DNA from: Octopus bimaculoides
Taxonomy: Eukaryota
NCBI RefSeq assembly: GCF_001194135.2
Contig: NC_069000.1
Coordinates: 39,377,573 to 39,441,572, forward strand
Length of the DNA stretch: 64,000 nucleotides
Reading direction: 5' to 3'
Within the stretch, counting starts at the first letter, position 1. Each line of letters opens with the position of its first letter. Below the pieces are notes generated by a model, which made no database searches, was not told the DNA's origin, and saw nothing but the letters and a program-made list of their open reading frames with translations. A program made the position numbers and the translations under genes. Shown here one piece after another: positions 27,597 to 38,330 of this stretch.

Positions 27597-27973
27597 CACT
27601 CCATCGGTTACGACGACGAGGGTTCCAGTTGATCCGATCAACGGAACAGTCTGCTCGTGAAATTAACGTGCAAGTGGCTGAGCACTCCACAGACACGTGA
27701 ACCCTTAACGTAGTTCTCGGGGATATTCAGCGTGACACAGTGTGACAAGGCTGACCCTTTGAATTACAGGAACAACAGAAACAGGAAGTAAGAGTGAGAG
27801 AAAGTTGTGGTGAAAGAGTACAGCAGGGTTCGCCACCATCCCCTGTCGGAGCCTCGTGGAGCTTTTAGGTGTTTTCGCTCAATAAACACTCACAACGCCT
27901 GGTCTGGGAGTCGAAACCGTGATCCTACAACTGTGAGTCCGATGCCCTAACCACTGGGCCATTGCGCCTCCAC
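27597..27973 (-). mobile_element. Full-length family-A tRNA-derived SINE
   Basis: Minus-strand head gtggaggcgcaatggcccagtggttagggcatcggactc...ggtttcgactcccagacc carries A and B boxes; it aligns along its length with 44098-44399. Confidence 0.9.
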
Positions 27974-29442
27974 AATAAGAAACAACAAAACCTAATACTA
28001 ACTGATAAGAAGCTCAGTTTATCGATGAACATATTACAGGTTGGCAGTGATAGTCTTCGTTATAGCGAACACGTTGTTCACAGCTGTTCTTGAAATATGC
28101 CATGGCGTTGTGTTACTATATGAGGCAAAGACAATTTATGTTGCTCGTCATTTTTGTGGTAACCTGAAGCTGCATTTAATAGATATTATTGGCTAATTGT
28201 CAGTCCTCCAAAATATTCTCGTATAACAAAGAGATGGTATTCAAGAAAAATCATTCTATTTTTTCCTTATGATTGCAACAGAGTTTATTGACGCACCACA
28301 TGTCAATGCTACAATGCCTCCCAATAGAGAATATTACATATATTATTGTTGTAAACAGAGACACCAAAGCAGATGATATCCTTCAGGCAACGATCAGTCC
28401 ATACATACATGCAAACATTACACAATGCATGCATAGCACTTACGGTCATACTTGGATACAGATATGTAAGCAAATACACAGTTGGAGAAAAAAGGTCGCC
28501 ATGAATTGGTACCTTATACGTAGCCCTCTCTCCCCGACTCTCTCACGATATATGTGTGTTTGCGTATGCGTGTATGTGTAAATAAGTGTATGCACACACG
28601 AACAAACAAACACACACACACACACACGACATGTGCTGAATAGTTTCTGGTTTTGGCTAAAAGAATATGCAGGAGGATAAATTAATTGTAATTGTATTCA
28701 ACATTCTAGTCTCAGATTCATACGCATATTGCAGCGGTCCTTCATTTTTTGTCGGCCTTGTAAAAGAACTCGAAAGGCTTGGCCTCCAACTAGGTCCTTC
28801 GCGATACTTTCAGCACATCCTCGCATTTTCGCGCATAGAAACATACCTGTATGTGAGTGTGTGTGTCTGAGTGAGTGTGTGCATGCGTGCACATGTATGT
28901 GTGTCTGTGTGTCTACGTGTGTGTGACTGTGTGTCTCTGTATTTGTGTCTGCGTGTGTTTATGTGTGTGTGTCTGTGTCTATTTGTACCTGTGTCTGCTC
29001 GTGTGTGTGTGTGTGTGTGAGTAAGCTATTATTACCTCAGGAAATAACTGAATTATTAACATCCATTGATGATGTATTTCCAGTCAGTTTACCGATAATA
29101 TTCACTAGATCATTGAAAGTCAGTACATATAATGCAGGTCAGAGAATATCTGCTTGCCAGGAGCTTGTCTGGTATTTCAATGTTAACAGGTGATTTTACA
29201 ATTTAATTTATTTTACGATGATATAAGCCAGAACAAGACCAGCTGACACAATTGATATTGTGAATGAAGACACACCCCCCACACTCACACACTCACAACG
29301 CATACACATTCATACACACGCGCTAAAACCATAGAACGTTCGAATATACCCACAAAGAGGCAGCTGTTGGATTTGCAGGAAATTATAAATTAATAGCCAT
29401 GGTTATATTATTGTCTTACGATATAGAATGACACAAGACCAT

Positions 29443-29492
<50 letters not shown>

Positions 29493-29619
29493 TACCGACG
29501 TCTCGTCATGCAAATATATTTTGTTCATAGGAATTATCCCTGCAGCATCAACGTATTACAGGTTCGTAAGTTATATCAAAGAGACAATAACTACGAGCAA
29601 TGTTCAAAGCATCGGTTCT

Positions 29620-30060
29620 CCAATGTAACACGTGTCCATCGTCCATCTTTCTTTTCCCCACGTGATCGTCTTTCGTTTCCTTCAGTCTGTCGTACAGACC
29701 AGACGCATTCATGTTTCTCTCCTCTTCTATATTTTCTCTTCTCAAAGAATATTCCACGAGCGTTCGCTACATTACCCCGTCTGGTTTAACGACCCTCCAT
29801 GTTTGTTTTCGTTTGGTTGTTGTATGTCTCCACTGTCCTGTCTTTGTTACCAACTTTGACCCTGTGCAAATCCCAAATTTTATTTTGGCTCGTGGGACCA
29901 ACCCTTTTTGAAAGTCTCATATTGTTATTAATTGCTCGAAATGTGGAGTAGGTTAACAGCCAACAACTGAAGAAGGGTCGTTTTTAATGTTACTTCGTAT
30001 TTCATGTTTTCGTATTTCGTAGTTCATGATTTTTACGTTTTGTGACATCCTGCACCCATA
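29620..30060 (+). mobile_element. PLE-type repeat (pseudo-LTR-like) with very decayed hammerhead-like core
   Basis: Pyrimidine-rich body like 56125 and 45973(rc); contains ctgaagaaggg at 29967; ends in cccatatatat. Confidence 0.4.
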
Positions 30061-30145
30061 TATATATGTGTGTGTGTGTGTGTTAGTACCTTATTTATAT
30101 ATATATATATATATATATGCATCATGTGTGCGTGTATGTGTGTGT

Positions 30146-30285
30146 GAACATACGTCGGTTTTCCACACTACCATATTCACTGGTTATGCAGTCGGCTTTG
30201 GACTACAGTAGATGACACTCATCCAAGGCGCAGCAGAATGGGATTGAACCCGAAACCACGTCGTGCACAACGATATTCCAAATAG
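30146..30285 (-). mobile_element. Family-D SINE head/body
   Basis: ctaccatattcac...ctacagtagatgacactcatccaagg...gggattgaacccgaaaccac is the reverse complement of the organisation seen at 12546 and 16835. Confidence 0.55.
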
Positions 30286-31640
30286 TATACTTGCTGGACT
30301 GGGATATTTTATCTACAATTTTGTCGTGTTTCTATTCCAATCTCGAAAACATATTTTTTTCCTGAGATCTGGCAAGGAGCCCACGCTTTTTTTTCCCGTT
30401 TGTTTTTTAATAGAATAATCATCACCTACGAACTACAACATTATTCGAATAATGTATTTCCTGCCATCAGGCTCAGCGGCGTTCCTCATATAATTATGAC
30501 GACAGTTGTCTCAAGTAAGACAAGGTCGATGTACTATCATTAAATCNNNNNNNNNNNNNNNNNNNNNNNNNNNNNNNNNNNNNNNNNNNNNNNNNNNNNN
30601 NNNNNNNNNNNNNNNNNNNNNNNNNNNNNNNNNNNNNNNNNNNNNNNNNNNNNNNNNNNNNNNNNNNNNNNNNNNNNNNNNNNNNNNNNNNNNNNNNNNN
30701 NNNNNNNNNNNNNNNNNNNNNNNNNNNNNNNNNNNNNNNNNNNNNNNNNNNNNNNNNNNNNNNNNNNNNNNNNNNNNNNNNNNNNNNNNNTATATATATG
30801 TATGTATGTATTCCATTAAGTCACAAGAACGATGGAAATAATGATCATTTAAGTGACCTTAACTCCAAGTGGATTACAGTCTTGTAAGCCAACAGACCTA
30901 AAGCATATTATCTTCACAATGTACACAGAAAACAATGCACATTAAATATTCAGCTTATTATTGTTTCGCCATGCATTTCTATGTCTTTACACTCATAATC
31001 ATCTACTCGGCAAATGAAAAACTGATTTCATGGAAAAATGTTTACTTAAAAGTAGTAATATAGTAGGTATAAAAATGTATAAGTGAGAGAAAAGTAGCGA
31101 CGAAATTGGAAACAAAGAAAATCCCAAAAAAGAAGAGGGAAAAAAACATGAAAATGTGTGATATGATGTAAAGTACAAAATGACTGACAAAAATGTGTAA
31201 CACTCACATTTCGAGAGCTAGAAATCCGAAGAAATTATGAAAATCCTGTAAAGAAAAGACTGAGTACACAATATCGTCCTCACTTGATATATATAATTCA
31301 TATATATATATATATATATATATATAGCCTGCTAGCTTTGGCTATGTCAAGATGTGTTTTTTTTTTATATTCTTCTTTCCCACTTAGATTGTTTACATGT
31401 TGTTACCACAGTAATATGTCCATTCTGCTGAAATGAAATTTCAGTAAATTTTCTGTATCCTTGTGCAGCTGAAGATTGCTCGGCATTTTAAATTTAATGC
31501 AATGCTCGCATTACTGAAATAAATGGAGTTGCATGAAACGTGCGTACTGCAATAATCTTTAAAAATCCGTGTTGCTTTTTTTGATTTTTAATCACCTTGT
31601 TTTGGGAATTGTTCGGATAATACCATACTATATACCATAC

Positions 31641-31689
<49 letters not shown>

Positions 31690-32069
31690 TGCACATTCAT
31701 GTGTTTGTCTCTTTGTATGTGAATGTTTGAGTGTGTTTATGCTTATGGGTTTGTGTGACTATGTATGGGTCTGTGTCTCCATATGTGTTTTTGTGTGTAC
31801 GTGCATGTATGTATGTGTGTAGGGGTGTCCTTCACCGCCGCTTGGCAACCTACGCAACCTATGTTGTTTTTTTTATGTTCCTGTAACGTAGCAGTTCATC
31901 AAAAAAACACCGATACAATGAGATTAATACAGTAAGTCCCAGGCTTATAAAAATATAAGAAATGCAGTCGGTTAAGAGTTTTTCAAGGCGGTGCCGCAGC
32001 ACGGTTTCCAATGACCGAAGCCGACAAAGGACGCCATTGAATACACCTGACTTTGAGAAGAGAGACTTG

Positions 32070-32254
32070 AAATTTGAGAAGAGAGAAATCAATTGCATTT
32101 ACCTCAGTATTTCACTGGTACCTATTTTATCGCCTCCGAAACAGTCAAAGGCAAAGAAGATTTTTGCGGCATTCAAACCCAGAACGTAAAGATTCGGAAG
32201 AAACCGTGCTAAGCATTTTGTCCGACCAGCGTGCGTTTCCGTCAGCTCGCCGCC
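32070..32254 (-). mobile_element. Old family-B SINE
   Basis: Decayed match to the family-B core and head (tcaattgcatttacctcagt...aaaggcaaag...cagaacgtaaag...agctcgccgcc). Confidence 0.65.
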
Positions 32255-32272
32255 CTATCTTTGGTTAATATT

Positions 32273-32485
32273 AGTTTGATATTTTGGCACAAGGCCAGGA
32301 ATTTCAGGGAAGGAGTGACGTCGATTACATCGACCCCCAGTATTCATCTGGTCCTCATTTTATCCACCCCGTATATATGAAACGAAAAGTCGACCTCGTC
32401 GAAATCTGAACTCAAAACGTAAAGACGCAGGAATTGCCAGCAAGTATTTTGCCCGCCGCACTAACGATTCTGCCAACTTACTGCC
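32273..32485 (-). mobile_element. Family-B SINE with 18-bp TSD, inserted at the head of an older copy
   Basis: TSD ctatctttggttaatatt (32255-32272) / ctatctgttgctaatatt (32486-32503). Confidence 0.8.
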
Positions 32486-33340
32486 CTATCTGTTGCTAAT
32501 ATTGAACTAGATACGCTTAATATCCCGAGCCTCTTTAAATTTGGAAAGGTTTTTCCCCCCTTTTCCTTAATGCAAAAGAAACGACGTTCCTACTTAGATC
32601 CAACATTTCTACGCTTTAATTATTATTTGTGTAGTTTTACCGTCACTAAAACGAAGCGTAATACAATATTGTGGTAACTCAAACATCCATTTTCAAGTCA
32701 AGCTTTCCATTATAACGATGATATACATTTGATGGTGGCCGATAATGTCTTCGTCATATGAATAATCCAACTATTTGAAAATTCTCAGATTTCAGGGCTT
32801 TCAAACGAAGTGCCCTGTTCATATGAACAGCGCTCGGAGCACTTCATAAGGTTGTTAATGGGAAGTATTAAATACGATCGCGAGAGATTCTTTCTTAAGG
32901 CAAATAGACAGTTTAACACATCATGGCATCGAGCATTTACAAAATATTTGAGTCACCTATTTTGAAAATTGATTCTTATTGAAGTTACAGTCGCAGAAGA
33001 AATTTCAAAATTCTACAAGATAACCAATTGTTCGTTTAACTACACCTGAATCCATAAATATTTGTTGATTTCTTATTAAATTCCAGTTTAACACCAGCCA
33101 TCAAATGTAGAATGTTACCTGTTGAATCACTGTGATATAACGTAAACTGGGCTAATACACATACTTTATAAATCACACACACACACACATACACGCACAC
33201 ACCATGAACAGGAACAAACTTCACTTACTCGGCAGTCATTGTTCATTTCCTACGTAACATTCATTCCCACCACACAAGTTATGTTAACATTAATTTTGTC
33301 ATTCGATATCTCGACTAATATGATCAGCGAATGATATTAT

Positions 33341-33558
33341 CATTTTTACTCTCGGCACAAGGCCCGAAATTTTGGGGGAGAGGGGCCAGTCGATTAGATC
33401 GACCCCCAGTACGCAACTGGTGCATAATTATCGACCCCGAAAGGATGAAAGGCAAAGTTGACCGCGGCGGAATTTGAACTCAGAACGTGAACGTAAACGA
33501 AATACCGCTAGGTATTTTTGCCCGTTTCTGCTAACGTTTCTGCCAGCTCGCCGCCATA
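33341..33558 (-). mobile_element. Full-length family-B SINE (tail type 1) with ~16-bp TSD
   Basis: Head ggcggcgagctggcagaaacgttag...gagttcaaattcc; core gcctttcatcctttcggggtcga; TSD cagcgaatgatattat (33325-33340) / cagcgaatgacataat (33559-33574). Confidence 0.9.
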
Positions 33559-33888
33559 CAGCGAATGACATAATACCAAGCTTTTTGCAATAACATTAAG
33601 AATAAAAGACAATTTACTATCAGCATCGAAAAAGCTTTCATTCTTTGCAAATACTAAGTCGAAAAATTATTTTACCTGAAGAATTTGGATGGAATCACTC
33701 TTGAAGCAGACTTCAGTAGAACCTTAGAATTTCATATCATAAATTTCTGATATATTCACATCAGCAAAACAATATTCTTTTCAACCATTTTCTATCCTTG
33801 TTTGATTTTCCCACCACACCACCACCTAAAGCACAATGGAAATAATCCATTCTACTACAAATCTTTCAACAGATTGATCCTTTATCAC

Positions 33889-33973
<85 letters not shown>

Positions 33974-35049
33974 CATTTCCATGCATGTATGTTTCTTGTT
34001 GTGTTTATACATTTCTCGGCTCTGTTAATTTGTACATAAAAACATGTAAAATAGCATCTTGCACCAACCCTTTAAGACATAGTTTGATATTTGTCTGAGA
34101 CACTTGTCAGATCCCTTAGGGCGTTTTCCACGATGTTTATCAAACGAATGTAGATATTATTCCTTAATAGGATATCGTTTTCCTGGTGATAGCTCTAGGG
34201 GGAATAGATTGTTCGGTTTTTAAATACTACGCAGTGCTATCTCCAATATTTTCTATCGTCTCTTCAGTATTTGATGGTTCACGAGAACAATCAAGATTAC
34301 TTGCATCCCGAAAATTGTTGCTTAAAGAAATTTGTTGCGTAAAACTGCGTAACTTGGAAGCGGCTAGTAAAAAAGAAAATATATTTGAATATTGATATTA
34401 TATCTTTGATGTAGATAACACATCTACATCAAAGGACATGATATCGTTATGCAAGTGTTGTTTACAAGCCGCTCCCAGGCTACGCGCTTTTACGTAGCAA
34501 CATTTCATTATCATTATACCAAACGGAGATAAATGTTTTTGTTTCGTTTTTCTTGGTTTCTCTTTTTTACCACGTAATAAGAGTTACACACCGATCTTAG
34601 TTCGGATTACACGGATCAATTTTCTGTGGTAACTTAGAAAAATGTGCTTATAAACGTTTCATTAGTCCTCATCAGTGTTAGTCATCCTTTCCTTTCTACA
34701 GTTCTGTACAACTATTATTGTGTCAATTGTAGCGCTCTTGCTGTAGCCCTTATGCTAATGTTACCATCGTAGTTGCCTTTTGCTGCTTGTAGTACTGGCA
34801 GGTACATCGGATGTGGTAGAGATGTTACTGAGGGTAGTGCTTCGTATGACAGTCAGATGTAGTATACTAGCTCCAGGTTCCATAATAAACGTCGGGAAAA
34901 ATCGTTCTTTTAGTTCTTTGATAGTGCTGACGTTAAAATACTTCCGCTGCTATTGCTTGAGCCACTACTGCTTTAGCTTCTGAAAATCTTTTTGCACATA
35001 TTACACTTAGTGTTAATCCTTCTATTGAAAACGATAAATTGATAGAGAC

Positions 35050-35555
35050 ATTAGCACGTTGAAAAAAATGCTTAATGGTATTTCTTATTTGTTTACTGCC
35101 CAGAAGGGGCTAAACGTAGAAGGGACAAACAAGGGATTAAGTCGATTACATCGAGCCCAGTGCGTAATTGGTACTTAATTTATCGACCCCGAAAGGATGA
35201 AAGGCAAAGTCGACCTCGGCGGAATTTGAACTCAGAACGTAGCGGCAGACGAAATACCGCTAAGCATTTCGCCCGGCGTGCTAACGTTTCTGCCAGCTCG
35301 CCGCTTAATGGTATTTCTTGCGTCTCTTTTCATTCTAAATTCAAATTTCGCCGTGTTCAGCTTTGCCATTCCTTCTTTCGGCTTCCTTAAAACAAACTTC
35401 CACTCAAGCCGTGAGACTGATGCATTCGAATCGCCCCTCACTTCAAAATCAAATTTCTCTAAGTTCAACTTTGCCATTTATTCTTCCGGCTCCTTTAAAA
35501 CAAAGAACTCAAGCCGTGAGGCTGACGTTTTCGACACGCACCTCACCTCAAAATC
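35050..35555 (+). mobile_element. Old sense family-B SINE interrupted by a young antisense copy; 3' part tandemly duplicated (108/105 bp)
   Basis: Removing the insert restores ttagcacgtt...aaatgcttaatggtatttc...ttctaaattcaaatttcgccgtgttcagctttgccatt, which is the family-B head and core. Repeat units start at 35341 and 35449. Confidence 0.65.
35087..35304 (-). mobile_element. Young full-length family-B SINE (tail type 2) with perfect TSD
   Basis: Near-intact head and core; TSD ttaatggtatttctt at 35072-35086 and 35305-35319. Confidence 0.92.
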
Positions 35556-36009
35556 GTTGGCCTTGAGCCAACATTAGAAATAATTCTTTCTACTGATTTT
35601 ATTTTTGCTGCTGGTTCTTAATGTGGGGAACTGTCGATTTAATCACAATGTAAATTCCACCACACTTTCCATAACCGTCCAGTTCGTTCTGTTCTCCTCT
35701 CTTTTGCATCACATGACACGATATGCAGCTTGAATTTTAAAAGCATCAAAAAATATACCTTCGAATTACGTTTGATCAGTACCGAGGCTGTTGCACCCGA
35801 ATTAATATTTCTCCGTTCACTGTAACTTCCTCAACAAAATACACAGAAATCATTTGCAGAAGCTCGAATTAGCTGACAAATAAACGTTCGATTTGAACTT
35901 ATGGAGCAAATCAAAACTGAGAGAATAGCAAGAACACTGACGAAAACAAATGCAATGACACCGACATTATGAACCACGGAAAGTTCAGGAACGTCAATTA
36001 AAAGAGTGC

Positions 36010-36204
36010 CGATGGAAGTGATCATAAGATGTAGATGATGATGATGGTGGTGGTGATGATGATGACGACAACGATGGCGACAATGATGATGATGACGATG
36101 ATGATGATGATGATGACGACGACAATGATGATGATGACGATGATGATGATGACGACGATGATGACGATGACGACGATGATGGTGATTGTATTAACAACAA
36201 CGAC

Positions 36205-36238
<34 letters not shown>
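36010..36238. repeat. Compound trinucleotide microsatellite (GAT/GAC/AAT)
   Basis: Direct reading; source of the spurious poly-M/I/S ORFs. Confidence 0.95.
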
Positions 36239-36239
36239 G

Positions 36240-37060
36240 TCACACAGAACTACATGATTTGAAAAAATTAAATCAGTATTGAATTGCTGGAAATTATAGA
36301 AACCAATATGAATGAATGCGACACTCTCCCAAAAATTCGCAATTCTAACCAAAACCTGAAAAAAATTGGCAAAATCCGCTTTGCATTTAAATATATAATT
36401 TCAGCTGATGGCGTTGATATTACAGATCTCAACCACCTGTACTATGCTTCCGCGAAAATCTCAACTATTCTGTGTGGTGAAAAGATTAGAAAACAACAAT
36501 ATTTCCACAAAAAGCATACTTGTCAAGAGCGTATTCAACACCAAATTCAACTAATTAGGTCTGACATAGAATGTTTAAAAAACCTTAGGTTTGACAAAAC
36601 TAGCATACCAAAAAACAAAAATTGGAAAATTAAAGAAAAAATATAATATGAAAACCATATTTAACATCGATACCACCATAGAAGCCTTCAAGTAAAAGGT
36701 ATGTATTAAAGCTGCCCGCATAGCAAGGTATGAAAAACGCGTTAGATTCTTCAAGGACAACAACAGGCTCAAAAATAACCCCAAAAATGTTTTACAGGAA
36801 GATAGGGAAAATACCAGTTACAGTAAAGTCTGTCCCATCAAAAGAAGTGAAGGAATTTTGGAATAAAATTTGGGCAGAAGAAAAATCACACAATGAAAAG
36901 GCGCCTTGGATTGATAGAATATCTACAGACTTAGACTCCTTACATGAGCAAAAGTGGGAGGGTATGGTATCAATGCAGAAGATGAAAGACCTACTCTGAG
37001 GAAATCAAGCAAATGGAAGTCTCCAGGAAAGGATAAAATTCTTAACAACAACAACAATAA
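36240..37060 (+). mobile_element. R4/Dong-like LINE ORF fragment (region upstream of RT through RT motif 0), between microsatellites
   Basis: Frameshifted translation: ERIQHQIQLIRSDI...AARIARYEKRVRFFKDNN...KMFYRKIG...KEFWNKIWAEEKSHNEKAPWI...KWKSPGKDKI. This is typical of the R4 clade. It is preceded by (aat)n and followed by (caa)n(taa)n. Confidence 0.8.
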
Positions 37061-37109
37061 TAATCCTTTCTACTTTAGACGCAATGCCTGAAAGTTTGGG
37101 TTACTTTCC

Positions 37110-37500
37110 TCCTGATATATATGCACATACTGACTAGACCCCTCACATATATGCGATTGCCTATGTGTCTGTGTGTCTGTACATATGAGTGCCTATATTT
37201 GTGTTTTTGCGTCTTTATTGTAATTGTACAGCTCTAGTACCGCCCACCACGCCTATGTTTTTGCTAATCGAACAATGCATTTCAAACTACCCCCAGATTC
37301 TTCCATATATCCTCTTCCTCATGCCGTTCCCTATCTTTATCACGATTTAGTTCCCCTATCTGCGCCTTTTCTTCAATCATTAATACGACGTTATTCAGCT
37401 TTCAACACCGGTTGCCCTATATTTTCATTTTGATGGCGGCTCTGCCTGAAACGTTATACAACCCTTCTTGTATTGTCTTCTTTCCTTTAATATAATTTTA
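37110..37500 (+). mobile_element. Possible PLE-type repeat remnant
   Basis: Contains tttgatggcggctctgcctgaaacgtta (37428-37456), a decayed version of the CTGANGA-stem-GAAACGT motif. Confidence 0.35.
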
Positions 37501-37559
37501 TTTTTTATTTGAGAACCATTAATAAATAATATTCCTTAAACCAAATGTATTTACTAAGT

Positions 37560-37586
37560 TTTTTTGTTTTCTTTTTATATTTTCAG
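37560..37586 (+). promoter_or_regulatory. Candidate 3' splice acceptor for the GPCR 5'UTR/coding exon
   Basis: Long polypyrimidine tract ttttttgttttctttttatattttcAG, 745 nt upstream of the ATG; all three downstream frames close quickly, so it is non-coding. Confidence 0.3.
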
Positions 37587-38330
37587 AGATATTAACATCA
37601 GAAAGAGAATCATTCAGGAAACTTAACTGAAAGAACGCCATACCAACCAAAAACATTCTTTCTTCATTGAACTGTTGAACGCATCACCTGGATATGACAC
37701 ATTACTTTTCTTTATTAAAAATATATTTTAAAAATTGAAATATTTAAATTTCAAATAATCGAAGATTCGATCAAAAAATCAAATGGGAATATGCTAGTTT
37801 CCATTTAGAAAAGTCAATGAACAATTTGCATTTTATTGATCTTCATGACCACACCTGAATATGCCAATTCCTACACATATACAAATGGTCATACGAGCGA
37901 CTTTCAAGCATACTTGACAGATTCACATTTACATTTCTAACATTACTTCTATCTCTGTCTTTTTCTTTTTTTCATTTTTTTCCTTCTTGTTATTCCACTT
38001 TCTTCAATTTCCGTCTTTTTATTTCTCTTCATTTCTGATATAGTTATTTTTATTTGCATGCCCCCGTCCCCATACCTGACCCTCCAGATGGTTTCTTTTC
38101 ATTTCTTCTCTTTTTATTCTTTAATCAATTCTCTCCGTTTCATTCCCTCCCAACACACACACCTCGCAACTTAGTCTGTGTTTACCCCCACCACAATTAT
38201 TATCTCTCACGTCTGTTTGTTTAATGTACTTTTTCGAAAATTGTTTATTCACATTTTTCTAGTATTTCCATCTTAACATTCTCTTTCTCAATATTTCGAT
38301 TGAATCTTTTATGTTACTTTCGAACCAAAA

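Noticed and set aside
27890-27973. tRNA gene (also 44098-44160 and the family-B/D heads)
   Set aside because: tRNA-like A/B boxes continue into SINE bodies with multiple dispersed copies, and no complete cloverleaf with an acceptor stem was seen.
26350-29200. Candidate coding exons after AG acceptors at ~26367, ~28282 and ~29041
   Set aside because: Short frames with early stops or no recognisable homology; no consistent multi-exon gene could be built.
34740-34983. Ser/Thr-rich or hydrophobic small ORFs
   Set aside because: Composition fits a decayed (ACT/AGT)-type simple repeat; no homology recognised.
35278-35577. 99-aa ORF with an internal ~36-aa repeat
   Set aside because: The repeat is a tandemly duplicated decayed SINE core, and the ORF start lies inside a young SINE.
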